Notes under the pieces: model-generated
What the model saw: the letters and a program-made list of their open reading frames with translations, nothing else
Told to the model about the DNA's origin: nothing
The model's database searches: none
Translations under genes and position numbers: made by a program
In this document: positions 23,265 through 32,821 of the stretch, piece after piece
How the letters are laid out: every line of letters begins with the position of its first letter
How positions within the stretch are numbered: the first letter of the stretch is position 1
Assembly: GCA_937625935.1 (NCBI GenBank)
Contig: OW569372.1
Span: 372,001 to 436,000, forward strand
Length of the DNA stretch: 64,000 nucleotides
Direction of reading: 5' to 3'
DNA from: Tetramitus jugosus
Taxonomy: Eukaryota; Protista; Heterolobosea

Positions 23265-25160
23265 ATGGGCCTCGAATTCATCCACTTCATGGGCAATGAC
23301 TCTTCCTCCTCTTCTGAACTGATGGCTGCCTCCTTCTCCTACCAGCAACAGCAGCAACATCATCCAAGCCAGCATTATCTTCACAACCAGCACAACCACC
23401 CTCACAATGGTGCTATATTTAACTCCTCTCCATATCAACAACAACAACAACAACAGTTGTTGAACAACACTACAACTTCTACTACCTCCACTACTACAGC
23501 ACTCATGGATCCCAATTCTATCGTCCAATCCTTCCCACCTCCTGCTGCTGCTTCATGGCAAGATATCAACAACTTCCAGCATCAACAGCAGCAACAACAA
23601 CAACAAGCTCCAATGGGTTACCACTACCATGAGCAACAACAGCAACAGCAATACTCTGCTGTTCCTTATGCTCAAAGTAGTAGTCGTTTGACTCCTCCTC
23701 CTGCTCAACAGTACATGTCATCCACCTACGGTACACATCGTAGCAATGACATTCAAGGTGTTGACAGTGGTGTCTCTAGGCCTTCATTCGACTCCTTGTC
23801 CATCATGGTTGAACAACAACAACAAGCTGCTTTTGGTAGTAACAACCATCTACAACAACAACAGCAACAACAGAGAAAGAAACCAGAGGCGCTCTCCATT
23901 CCAGTTGCCAAGAATCCACAACCAGCTACAGCAGTCGTAGCTACGACGACTACTCTCAGTGAAATCAAGACCGAGCCATTGTCTCTATTCGAGAGTATTA
24001 CACCACTGTCTGGCATGTGTGTTGATCACAATGTGTTTGCCCCATTCACTCCCAACACTCCATTCTCTCCTGATGTGTTCTTTGGTGGACACAACAACAA
24101 CAACCACAACCAGAACAACCATAACCAAGCAGCTCCTACAACGGCAAGTCATAGCTCAGCTACCTCTACTGCTCCACTCCTCTCCTCTCCTTCCTCATCT
24201 GGATCAACTACAGATGAAGATGAAAGAATGGTTGACTCTGCTCCCATGTCCATCTGGATGACCTCTCCCACATCAGTCACATCCATGCTTGCATCAGGTG
24301 ATCAAGTGTTTGACCTAGGTCATCCTCACCATCACCGCAACAACAACAACAACAGCAGCAGCAGCAACGGTCATCACATGAGTCACCACTCTCCTTTTGG
24401 AGAACCAGATGACATGCATCATCCATTCTATCATCACCACCACCAACCAACTCCACAGCAACAACAACCACATCATTCAATGATGCTCGTTGGTGTTCAA
24501 CAACAACAGCAACAGTCATTTGCTCCACCACCAGCACAAGCTCCAATGCATCAGCTTCGTCAGTCATCATCAGCCTCTTCATTGCACATGCAACAAATGT
24601 CTGTTGCTGCCCTTCAAAAGCCAAACTTTGTCTATGGTGGTAGTAGCAACCATAGCAGCATGTTGGAAGAGAAGAAGAAGGCACAACAACAGGAGCCAAT
24701 CATGACTCCAACAACAATGAAGCATTCATCTTCTCCACCTTCATCATCCTCCTCCTCTTCTGTTCATAGCATTGGCAGAAGAATCAGTGTCAGTAAGGAG
24801 ACATCGAGAAGCGTTGCTGTGATCAATCATCGTTGTGGCGATGTTGCCTTCAAGGAAAACGAATCTTCATCGTCCAACAATAACAACAACGCTGCCGAGT
24901 CTCCTGCGACACCTCAAAAGTCCAGATACCTCTCCCAGGAAGTCAAGGACATTTTGAAGCAGTGGTACATGGACCACGCATTGAATCCTTATCCAACAGA
25001 TGAGGAGAAGAGAGAATTGATCCAAAGAACTGGCATCTCCAGAAAGACATTGGACAATTGGTTTGTGAACACAAGAATTCGTTCCAAGCCAAAGACCTCC
25101 CCAATTTCTAAACCATCCAGAACCGCAAAGTCTTCCAGGAGAAACTCTGGCGGCAAGTAA
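23265..25160 (+). CDS. TALE-class homeodomain transcription factor with poly-Q/H/N N-terminus
   Basis: ILKQWYMDHALNPYPTDEEK...LDNWFVNTRIR, with the three-residue loop extension before PYP. Confidence 0.9.
   Translation: MGLEFIHFMGNDSSSSSELMAASFSYQQQQQHHPSQHYLHNQHNHPHNGAIFNSSPYQQQQQQQLLNNTTTSTTSTTTALMDPNSIVQSFPPPAAASWQDINNFQHQQQQQQQQAPMGYHYHEQQQQQQYSAVPYAQSSSRLTPPPAQQYMSSTYGTHRSNDIQGVDSGVSRPSFDSLSIMVEQQQQAAFGSNNHLQQQQQQQRKKPEALSIPVAKNPQPATAVVATTTTLSEIKTEPLSLFESITPLSGMCVDHNVFAPFTPNTPFSPDVFFGGHNNNNHNQNNHNQAAPTTASHSSATSTAPLLSSPSSSGSTTDEDERMVDSAPMSIWMTSPTSVTSMLASGDQVFDLGHPHHHRNNNNNSSSSNGHHMSHHSPFGEPDDMHHPFYHHHHQPTPQQQQPHHSMMLVGVQQQQQQSFAPPPAQAPMHQLRQSSSASSLHMQQMSVAALQKPNFVYGGSSNHSSMLEEKKKAQQQEPIMTPTTMKHSSSPPSSSSSSSVHSIGRRISVSKETSRSVAVINHRCGDVAFKENESSSSNNNNNAAESPATPQKSRYLSQEVKDILKQWYMDHALNPYPTDEEKRELIQRTGISRKTLDNWFVNTRIRSKPKTSPISKPSRTAKSSRRNSGGK
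23340..24520 (+). repeat. Coding (CAA/CAG/AAC)n microsatellite tracts (poly-Q/N)
   Basis: Multiple CAACAACAA runs in the homeobox gene. Similar tracts occur in COQ4, GNPTAB, 34804..35619 and the RNase III gene. Confidence 0.85.
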
Positions 25161-25503
25161 GAAGAAATTTTTGTCTCTTCCGCATACGCAGGATCGGATC
25201 TCCCATAATGTCTGGTGTTAAGTGTATCAGAATTTGTATTCGATCGAATTGTACAGTGAATGTATACCCACCTCACTTTTTTTGATGGCATATTGGCATG
25301 AGTAATGCTCTAATAAATCCATCTCCCTTTTTTTGCAAAACTTATTGTAACAAAATTTTGTAAGTCTGAATCATGTCAATAGTTTACTAGTAATGCTGTT
25401 TGTTTACTATTTCACAAAATTCTCCCTTCTCCGCAAGAATTGTACAATATTGCGCAGGTGATCTGAATCATCCAGTACGACTGACTGTGTTACACTCTAT
25501 TAT

Positions 25504-26814
25504 TTACTTTAGCAAGTTCTTAACTGAAGCTCTCTCAGACTCCAATTCAGCAACAGACTTCTTGATCTTAGCTTCTTGGCTCTTGTCAAGAACACCTTCA
25601 ACAACTCTAACCTTACCGCTACCTTCGCAAACGACAGGCACAGAGACCCAGACACCCTTGCTTCCAACAATTCCGTCAATTGGGAAGGCCATAGAGGTCC
25701 AATCCTTGCGTTCAATTTGTTCTTGGCTAAAGCCCTTTGCCCAGTCGGCCATGTGCTTCAATGCAGCATCGGCAGCGGAAGCAGCAGAGCTAGATCCACG
25801 AGCATTGATAATAGCAGCACCACGTTGTTGAACAGCAGGGGTGAAAACTTCGTCCAACCACTTGGCATCAACCAATTGAGAAACTGGCTTGGTGGTTCCG
25901 TCTTCGTACCAGACCTTTGCGTGAGTCACATCAGGCACTTGAGTAGCAGAGTGGTTACCCCAAATGGTTACATTGGAGAGTTGACCAACATTGACACCAA
26001 CCTTATCAGCGACTTGAGCCAAGGCACGATCGTGATCCAATCTAGTCATGGCAGCGAATTGCATCTTGTCAAGCTTTGGAGCATTGTTGGATGCAATCAT
26101 GGCGTTGGTGTTTGCTGGGTTACCAACAACAAGGGTCAAGCAAGCAGAGTTTGCGTTTTGGTTCAACAATTGACCTTGCTTTTGGAAGATGGCACCATTG
26201 TCTCTCAACAAGTCAGCTCTTTCCATACCCTTGCCTCTTGGCTTTGCACCGACCAAGAATGCATAATCAGCACCCTTCCACAGGCTGTCTGCTGAACCGA
26301 CTTGAATATCGTTCAACAATGGGAAGGCACAGTCAGCAACTTCCATAGCAACACCCTTTGCTGCATTCTCCATTTCAGGGATATCAACCAATCTCAGATT
26401 GACAGGAGTGTCATAACCAAACACTTCACCAGTCAAGATTCTTGGGATCAAAGAATAAGCAATTTGACCACTGGAACCAGTGACGACAACAGTGACAGGT
26501 TGCTTCAAGAAACGTGGTTGAAGAACAGTGTCAATATTAGAAAAGCGCAATTGAGCACCAGCAACACAAGCTTGTTGAATGACAAGAGCGATATTTGCTT
26601 GGTCAATAGACATCAATGATTTCAAAGAAGCAAGATCAACTTGTCTCTGCTTGCTGTCCTTTTGGGATTGCATCAATCGAGAAACTATTTGATTGACAAT
26701 GTTTGTTTGATGACCTTCGTCCTGAGCTCTCATAGCAGAAGAGGTGGAGAAAGGTCGTACATTGGCCTTTTGTGCGGATCTGGCAATGTTGTTAACAGCA
26801 CGTTTCATCATCAT
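25504..26814 (-). CDS. MDH: Malate dehydrogenase (type 2, cytosolic-like family) with predicted mitochondrial presequence
   Basis: VTGSSGQIAYSL, GAKPRGKGMERADLL, VVGNPANTN, MTRLDHDRA and IWGNHSATQVPD motifs. Start is MMMKRAV at 26814. Confidence 0.93.
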   Translation of the reverse strand: MMMKRAVNNIARSAQKANVRPFSTSSAMRAQDEGHQTNIVNQIVSRLMQSQKDSKQRQVDLASLKSLMSIDQANIALVIQQACVAGAQLRFSNIDTVLQPRFLKQPVTVVVTGSSGQIAYSLIPRILTGEVFGYDTPVNLRLVDIPEMENAAKGVAMEVADCAFPLLNDIQVGSADSLWKGADYAFLVGAKPRGKGMERADLLRDNGAIFQKQGQLLNQNANSACLTLVVGNPANTNAMIASNNAPKLDKMQFAAMTRLDHDRALAQVADKVGVNVGQLSNVTIWGNHSATQVPDVTHAKVWYEDGTTKPVSQLVDAKWLDEVFTPAVQQRGAAIINARGSSSAASAADAALKHMADWAKGFSQEQIERKDWTSMAFPIDGIVGSKGVWVSVPVVCEGSGKVRVVEGVLDKSQEAKIKKSVAELESERASVKNLLK

Positions 26815-27048
26815 TTTCTGTATCTCAACAAATAGGATAAATTGCAATAGACGCGTGATGTTGTTGGGCGGTGATTGTTTTTTTCTGGTTTTGGTTGACT
26901 TGCGCTTCAAGGAAAAATTCAATCTCGCCGCTGAATGTTCGGGAAAATCTACAGTGTTTTGTGAGGAATCAAAAGCAAAGTGAAGGGAGGAAGGCCACGA
27001 CATGAAGCTCTGAATGGCTCCAGAGTAGCAACACAAGGAAACTAATCT

Positions 27049-27912
27049 TTATTTTCTCTTTTGTTGCTTCTTTTTCTGTTGAGGAGCAGCCTTTTGTTTG
27101 TTCCTCGACTGCTGTTGCTGTTGTTGTTTTTTAGCAGCTAATCTTTGCATCTCTAGTTTGATTGCTTCTTCATCCTCAGACTCATCGTCGTCATCTTCCT
27201 CTGCTGCTGCTTCTTCGTCATCATCAGAATCATCGTAATCCACGACTTCATCATTGGCCAAATGACTCAAATCTTCTTGGTCTGACTCTTCGTCGTTGTC
27301 ATCACCACTCATTTCGTCGTCATCTTCATTTTGTGCTGCTTCTTCTTCTGCGGCCGCTCTTGCAATTTCCTCTTCCAACTCTAGCTTTCTCTTCTCTGCT
27401 CGTTCTTGTGCTCTCTTTAGCTTGCTTTGTACTCTCTCTGTCTCGAATTGAACATATTTATCAAACTTTTCAAACTTTTTCTGCAATTGTTTTGGAGTGT
27501 ATTGGAATCGATTCAATTTGATATCAAATGACATCTTCTTATAATCTCTTCCGTATTTGGCTCCCAATTCTTGCAAGAACATTTGTTCTTGAGGCGTAAC
27601 AATATGCTTCCATATAGAGTCTTCTTCCTCTCGCAGCAAATGATGATAGGGAAGCATCTTTTTGTCTTGTTCAGGCACAGAATCAACCATTTCTTTCACC
27701 TTTTCTGCTTTCATGTTTGGATCAGGACACAATCCATATTTAACCATATTTTGAGTAGCAGAGAGGTTTGGGTCATAGTACAAACCACTGAACACAGTCT
27801 CTGGAACGACCTTTGTTTTTCCCTGATGCATTCGCCTTCCGACTTTACGGATTCTGTTTTTGTTGACGCTGAATGAGATTGGCTTCTGTTTTAGTGCGCT
27901 TTTTTTGACCAT
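27049..27912 (-). CDS. NOP16: Nucleolar ribosome biogenesis protein Nop16-like
   Basis: YDPNLSATQNMVKYGL..DPN and KYGRDYKKMSFDIKLNRFQYTPKQL motifs, with an acidic/basic tail. Confidence 0.85.
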   Translation of the reverse strand: MVKKSALKQKPISFSVNKNRIRKVGRRMHQGKTKVVPETVFSGLYYDPNLSATQNMVKYGLCPDPNMKAEKVKEMVDSVPEQDKKMLPYHHLLREEEDSIWKHIVTPQEQMFLQELGAKYGRDYKKMSFDIKLNRFQYTPKQLQKKFEKFDKYVQFETERVQSKLKRAQERAEKRKLELEEEIARAAAEEEAAQNEDDDEMSGDDNDEESDQEDLSHLANDEVVDYDDSDDDEEAAAEEDDDDESEDEEAIKLEMQRLAAKKQQQQQQSRNKQKAAPQQKKKQQKRK

Positions 27913-28316
27913 GGTTTTTGATAATGTCTAAAGACTCTTTATTCTTCTTCTAAAATATTATTGTTATTCTTCTTCAATGACACACCGCCGCTGTTGTTTG
28001 ATGAATCAAGGTGGAGTTTTTGTTTTCGTTGAGTGTGAAATTGATCATTCACGATTTTCATTGAAGAGCGCTCTGGCCTCCGCTGTTCCAATGTGAGATT
28101 TGGACCACATTCCCGAATCGAGTATTCTCCGGTTGTTCTCGTCTTTTTTTTCATGTCAAGTGTCTTGTTCGTGTCCCACCTGGGTTTTCCCTCTCCCCAG
28201 GTCAGTTCAACTGCGCTCACCAGCACACACCCTCACACAAGTCGAACAACATCCAACCAGCCAACAAAACAAACCAACCACAAGCTTAACCAACTAACTT
28301 TACCAGCCAATATCAA

Positions 28317-29536
28317 ATGGATATCCTAAAAAGAGTCAGCAAAAGACTTCATAAATCACCAAACAGTAGCAATAGTCATGACGAAGCTCATGAACGACAC
28401 ATCTCTCTTGAGGGATCACATGGAAACAGCTTGTCCCTTCCCAACATCAAGACCCAAGGTGGAGATAGAAACTCCTTCTCATTGAACGACTACTCATCCA
28501 ATAACCCTAACAATAGGAGTAGTAAGGAAAGTCGTTCAAGTATCACTGAGAAGAAGAGAAAGACAATGGCAAGGGGTTCCTTCTCGGCTGCGTTTTTAGG
28601 CGCATCCAACACCCCAAACGCTCCGAGCTACGTTCCAGTTTACAACAAATTTAAGGTTTGTTTCCACCGCCTCGTTCTTGTTTTTGTGCACGTGTGCGGG
28701 TGCCGCAAGGAAATTTTTTTTAATTGGAGCTCAAGGAACTTTTGAGCTAACATTACTACTACTACTACTTTTCCCTGTATAACAAATAGGTGGCTGTCGT
28801 TGGAGCAAATAAGACTGGAAAAACTAGGTTCTGTATCCGATACGCACACAACATTTACTCTGAGCACTACGAGTATGAAGAGACCATTCAAGACACGTAC
28901 ACCAAAACCATTTCCCTCAATCTCACAGACTATTATCAAGAACAGGGTATTGGTGACAATGAACCACACGCAAGAGACATTACTGTCGACCTAGAGATTT
29001 ATGATATGGGTGGAGGTGAGGATTGTGAGATGTATGGTGAGACAAAGTGGGATGAGATGGACGGTTTTATTCTCATGTATGATGTGAGCAACAAGGAGTC
29101 GTTCAAAGCACTGCAATACTTTTATGATCGTATCATTGGAAGAAAACAACGCTTGTCCATGTCTGGTTCTTCCACAGCAGCTGCCAACAGTGCTTCAAAG
29201 GCGATGATGCAGATGCCGTTGATGTTGGTGGCCAATAAGGTGGACCTTCCTGGTACTGCTGTTCAGATTAGTGCTGAAAATGGTTCAAAGATGGCCAGAG
29301 GACTCGGAAGCAAGCTGATTCTTGTTAGTGCACAGAACAATTCACAAGTAGATGAGTGCTTTGTGGGGCTAATCAAGGAAATTCTGAACTGTAGATACAT
29401 GAGACCAGATGCAGAATTGTTCATGTCGTTGTTTGGTAGCTTGGCAACGGAGAGTTCTGAGAATAGGATGGATGACCGAAAGTCGATGCGTGAACTCAAG
29501 GATTTGGTCAATAAGCGTTTATCAAGGAAATATTAG
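28317..29536 (+). CDS. Atypical Ras-family small GTPase (intron 28656..28789)
   Basis: KVAVVGANKTGKT, YEETIQDTY, LEIYDMGG, DGFILMYDV, LVANKVDL and VSAQ motifs. The intron contains a GCTAAC branch site. Confidence 0.85.
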
Positions 29537-30262
29537 AAGGTCATTTGGAATCTCAACTAAATCCTTGAGTTAACGAACCTATTCCAAGTAGACATGAATT
29601 ACCAACCAAAGGCCAACTTTTACTTTTCAACACCATTCCAGCTAAAGGATATGTGATCCAGAAGGGACCCAGAAGGAACCATTGAGACAAGATCCTCGGT
29701 GGTCCAGCTCTATGAGCTCAAAAAAGAGAGTGACCCAGCAAGCACCCACCATGTGGACGCAGATGACCGATTAAGAGAATCAGTAAACGTTGAATTGCCA
29801 ACTTCTATCTGGTTGTTTGTTCTCTCTGCTGTCAAAAGCATAAATATTCGTACCACAGATCCCACGGAACAGTTTAATTCTGACTCCATAGTTTTTAAGC
29901 ACGGGTGGCTATGACTGCGTATAGCAAACATGACGGCTTGAATTACCATTCACACTTTTCATCAAGCAGTGGTATTTAAGTAACTGCTAGTAAAAAAGAG
30001 ATTCTGAGACTAAATTTCACATAGAGTTTCATTTGCGAGAACCAATGTGGTTTTGCTTTCGCCATTTTTTAGCAGAATAAAATGAGTCTCAGTAGTTATT
30101 TAAGCTTAGTCATCTGTTTTGTTCTCACACAGTCGTCGAAAAACCATAAAGAGATTATGTCATCATTAACCTGTTGAATCTGTCGCTCATGCATGATACT
30201 GAAGAATGTGATTCTGCCAAAATGAATGTGGTTGTCGTGTTTTTTCTCAAAATTCTCCGCCG

Positions 30263-30706
30263 ATGTTCAACAGACATCATGTTACAAAAGATTTTGTAAA
30301 GTCAGTTGACTTGCGTTGACTATTTCAAGAAAAGGTCGATCTTAAAGCAGTCATTGATCGTTGAGACAAACCAACAACATCCCACAAGGATCATACTTAG
30401 AAATTAACCATTCCACAAGTACCACTTATTCTGATTGACCAGTTTGAACTTGGTGAACTAGTACAGCAAAAAGAAGAAGAAATGAAGAGATCCACCTTGA
30501 TATATCGTGAAGACAGTAACTGGAGTCCTGATATTGATGAGTTTGGTGCTGACTTTGATTGGAACGTGTCTCACCTCCACCGACACACCGACGATGGGCG
30601 TATGCTCATTATCGAAGAGGTCTCAACAACTCCAGAGTCTTTTGTGTTGAATGAAGATTTAGAAAGACAATCTGAACTCGATAAGGAAGCAATGAAGAGA
30701 AAGTAA
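30263..30706 (+). pseudogene. Possible nonsense-interrupted gene relic
   Basis: ORF 30482..30706 extends upstream in the same frame to ATG 30263 through TGA (30317), TGA (30362) and TAG (30398). Confidence 0.3.
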
Positions 30707-30785
30707 CTCTCCTTAACAACAAACAATGTAACATACAATAAACCGTTCAATTTGAACACCCAGGGAGAACAAGTTCATCTTTTAT

Positions 30786-31115
30786 TTACAATGTTTTAGA
30801 GTATGTGTTGGTTTCACCATGGTCTCTCAAGTGTTTTTGAATTCTATCGTCTTGTTGGATGCGAGCTTTCATTGTGGAATCAATCTTCACTTTGCCAGAG
30901 GAGTCTAGACTTTCACTTCCCTCCTTGGCAATGTTTTGAATATAGTCCTTATCATCCATTTGGATCTTTTGTTCACTCACTTCTTTTTGGAACACTTCCT
31001 CAGCTTTCTCATACTTCTGACCAATAAATCTGACTTGTTGCTGCTGTTGATAGACCTTGGAAGTTAATCGACGAAGAAGATAGACTCGCTTCATGCTGTT
31101 CAATAGAGTGGTCAT
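30786..31115 (-). CDS. Small hypothetical protein with mitochondrial-presequence-like N-terminus
   Basis: 109-aa ORF with ACC-ATG context. The N-terminus is Arg-rich and free of acidic residues, ending in VRFIG. Confidence 0.6.
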   Translation of the reverse strand: MTTLLNSMKRVYLLRRLTSKVYQQQQQVRFIGQKYEKAEEVFQKEVSEQKIQMDDKDYIQNIAKEGSESLDSSGKVKIDSTMKARIQQDDRIQKHLRDHGETNTYSKTL

Positions 31116-31814
31116 GGTTGTGATCTGATTTTCAATTGCTTGTGATTCTGTCTATTTGAGTACCGAAGAGAGATCTGGATCATTTATGGTTTGGCCGATC
31201 CAGATCTCGAGATTCCAGTATCTGAGAATTGGTTTTTGACCTTCTTGTGTCATTTCATTCAATAGTAAGTTCACTCCTTCTCCTTCATTTTCAACTTATG
31301 TCTGAGGGCTGTGTTATTGTTGTCTGTTTCATGGCTTCTTCTTGTACAGGAAATTTCAATTACACAACATCTCTGATGTTGGGTCGATAGTTTTCTAAAA
31401 GGATCTCACATTTTCTGGCCTCGAGGAGCTCTGTTGCATAAATTGTACGCCCACATGAAAAAATTGAAGAAGTTGCTACCTGACTCAACCGCGCAGGTTA
31501 TGGGATCCAATTTCTGTCGGGCACTCCAAAAATAGTTTGCTAAAGCATTTCACAAATGTTCTGAAGAAGTAAGAGTTGGTTGTCTTTTCCGTCACCCAAA
31601 GAAGCCTCTGTGGGTCCTTGCAACACACGATGACAGAGCTACCAATTCGGGACGACATTTCTGATGATTATTAATAATAAAACACTATTTTTTTAACACA
31701 TGTTGATCCGGTTGTTATTCTTGTTAATGTTGTGTGAAGATCTTCAGATCATTTAAAGTCTCTCATTGTTTCTTCAAATACAAAACACTAACATTATTGT
31801 ATATACACTGAAAC

Positions 31815-32378
31815 ATGGGAAAAGACAAGAAGGACAAGAAAGACAAGAAGAAGAAGGAGAAGTACTATGACTCTGACGATGTATTAGAGAAGGTTGAGAG
31901 ACAGCTCGATAAACTTGAGGTTCGATTGGACACAAAAGTTGAAAAATTGAAGGGAAAGATCGACAAGAAGGTTGATCATCACCTGGAGCAAAAAGTAGAG
32001 GAATGCCTTGCAAAACAATTGAATGAACGAGTTCAAAAGAAGGTCTCCAAGAAACTACTGAAGAGAATTGACAAGGTTGAGGACTCACTCGAGGATAGAT
32101 TGGAACAGTTAGAAGACAAGTTGGAGAAGGTGGAGGAATTGGAAGATCGACTGGACAAGTTTGAGAGAATCATGGGCAAGTTCGGAGACAAGATGGAGAA
32201 ACTTATTGTATCCTTGAACAAGAAGGACTCTTCTCGTACCAAGGCGTTGACCAAGGAGGATGAATTGGAACAAAGGATTGACAATATTGGTTCTTCGGAC
32301 AGGAACAAGAGATCATTCCCTTCTGAAGATGCCTCCTATCGAGATATTCTCACTTCAGATACGAGCCAATCCTCTTAA
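31815..32378 (+). CDS. Lys/Glu/Asp-rich coiled-coil protein
   Basis: 187-aa ORF with heptad repeats (LEDRLEQLEDKLEKVEELEDRLDK). Confidence 0.7.
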   Translation: MGKDKKDKKDKKKKEKYYDSDDVLEKVERQLDKLEVRLDTKVEKLKGKIDKKVDHHLEQKVEECLAKQLNERVQKKVSKKLLKRIDKVEDSLEDRLEQLEDKLEKVEELEDRLDKFERIMGKFGDKMEKLIVSLNKKDSSRTKALTKEDELEQRIDNIGSSDRNKRSFPSEDASYRDILTSDTSQSS

Positions 32379-32821
32379 TAAATGGACACTTCAATTCAAC
32401 CTGAATCTAGTCGTTGTGTAAGAGCCAAAGGATTTGTAAACATGGAAAGGCGTCGCTCGGTGCGTGAAAAAGATTTGCTGGGACAAGATCGCGCGAAGCT
32501 CTTGTTGGAACTCGCGAGTTGGAAAGGTCATTTAGAGGTATCTGGTAGCACGGAGAATTTTCACACGCCCCAAACAAAAATCTTCTAGGTCTGAAGTGGC
32601 TGGAGGGACTGTCAGTCAGTGTCGATCTGAATCATCCATCGAACTTCTTTTCTTGATTTGATTCAATCGCATGAAGAGCCCCACACAACAATCACACACA
32701 CGAACCTCTTTGCTTTGTGAAGAACTGCGAGTCAACCGTTTAACAGTCATCGCACACACAACCAAACTCTTTTACCAAAACAAAACTAACAACCAAAACC
32801 AACAAATTAGCAAAAAAAACA

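Noticed and set aside
25576-26619. Long antisense ORFs opposite MDH (also opposite FNT, LSG1 and the Cys-rich gene)
   Set aside because: These are shadow ORFs produced by codon bias of the real gene on the other strand and have no domain features.
30710-30717. TCCTTAAC resembling a U12-type branch site
   Set aside because: It lies just after a stop codon with no matching U12 donor, and all inferred introns are ordinary U2-type GT-AG.
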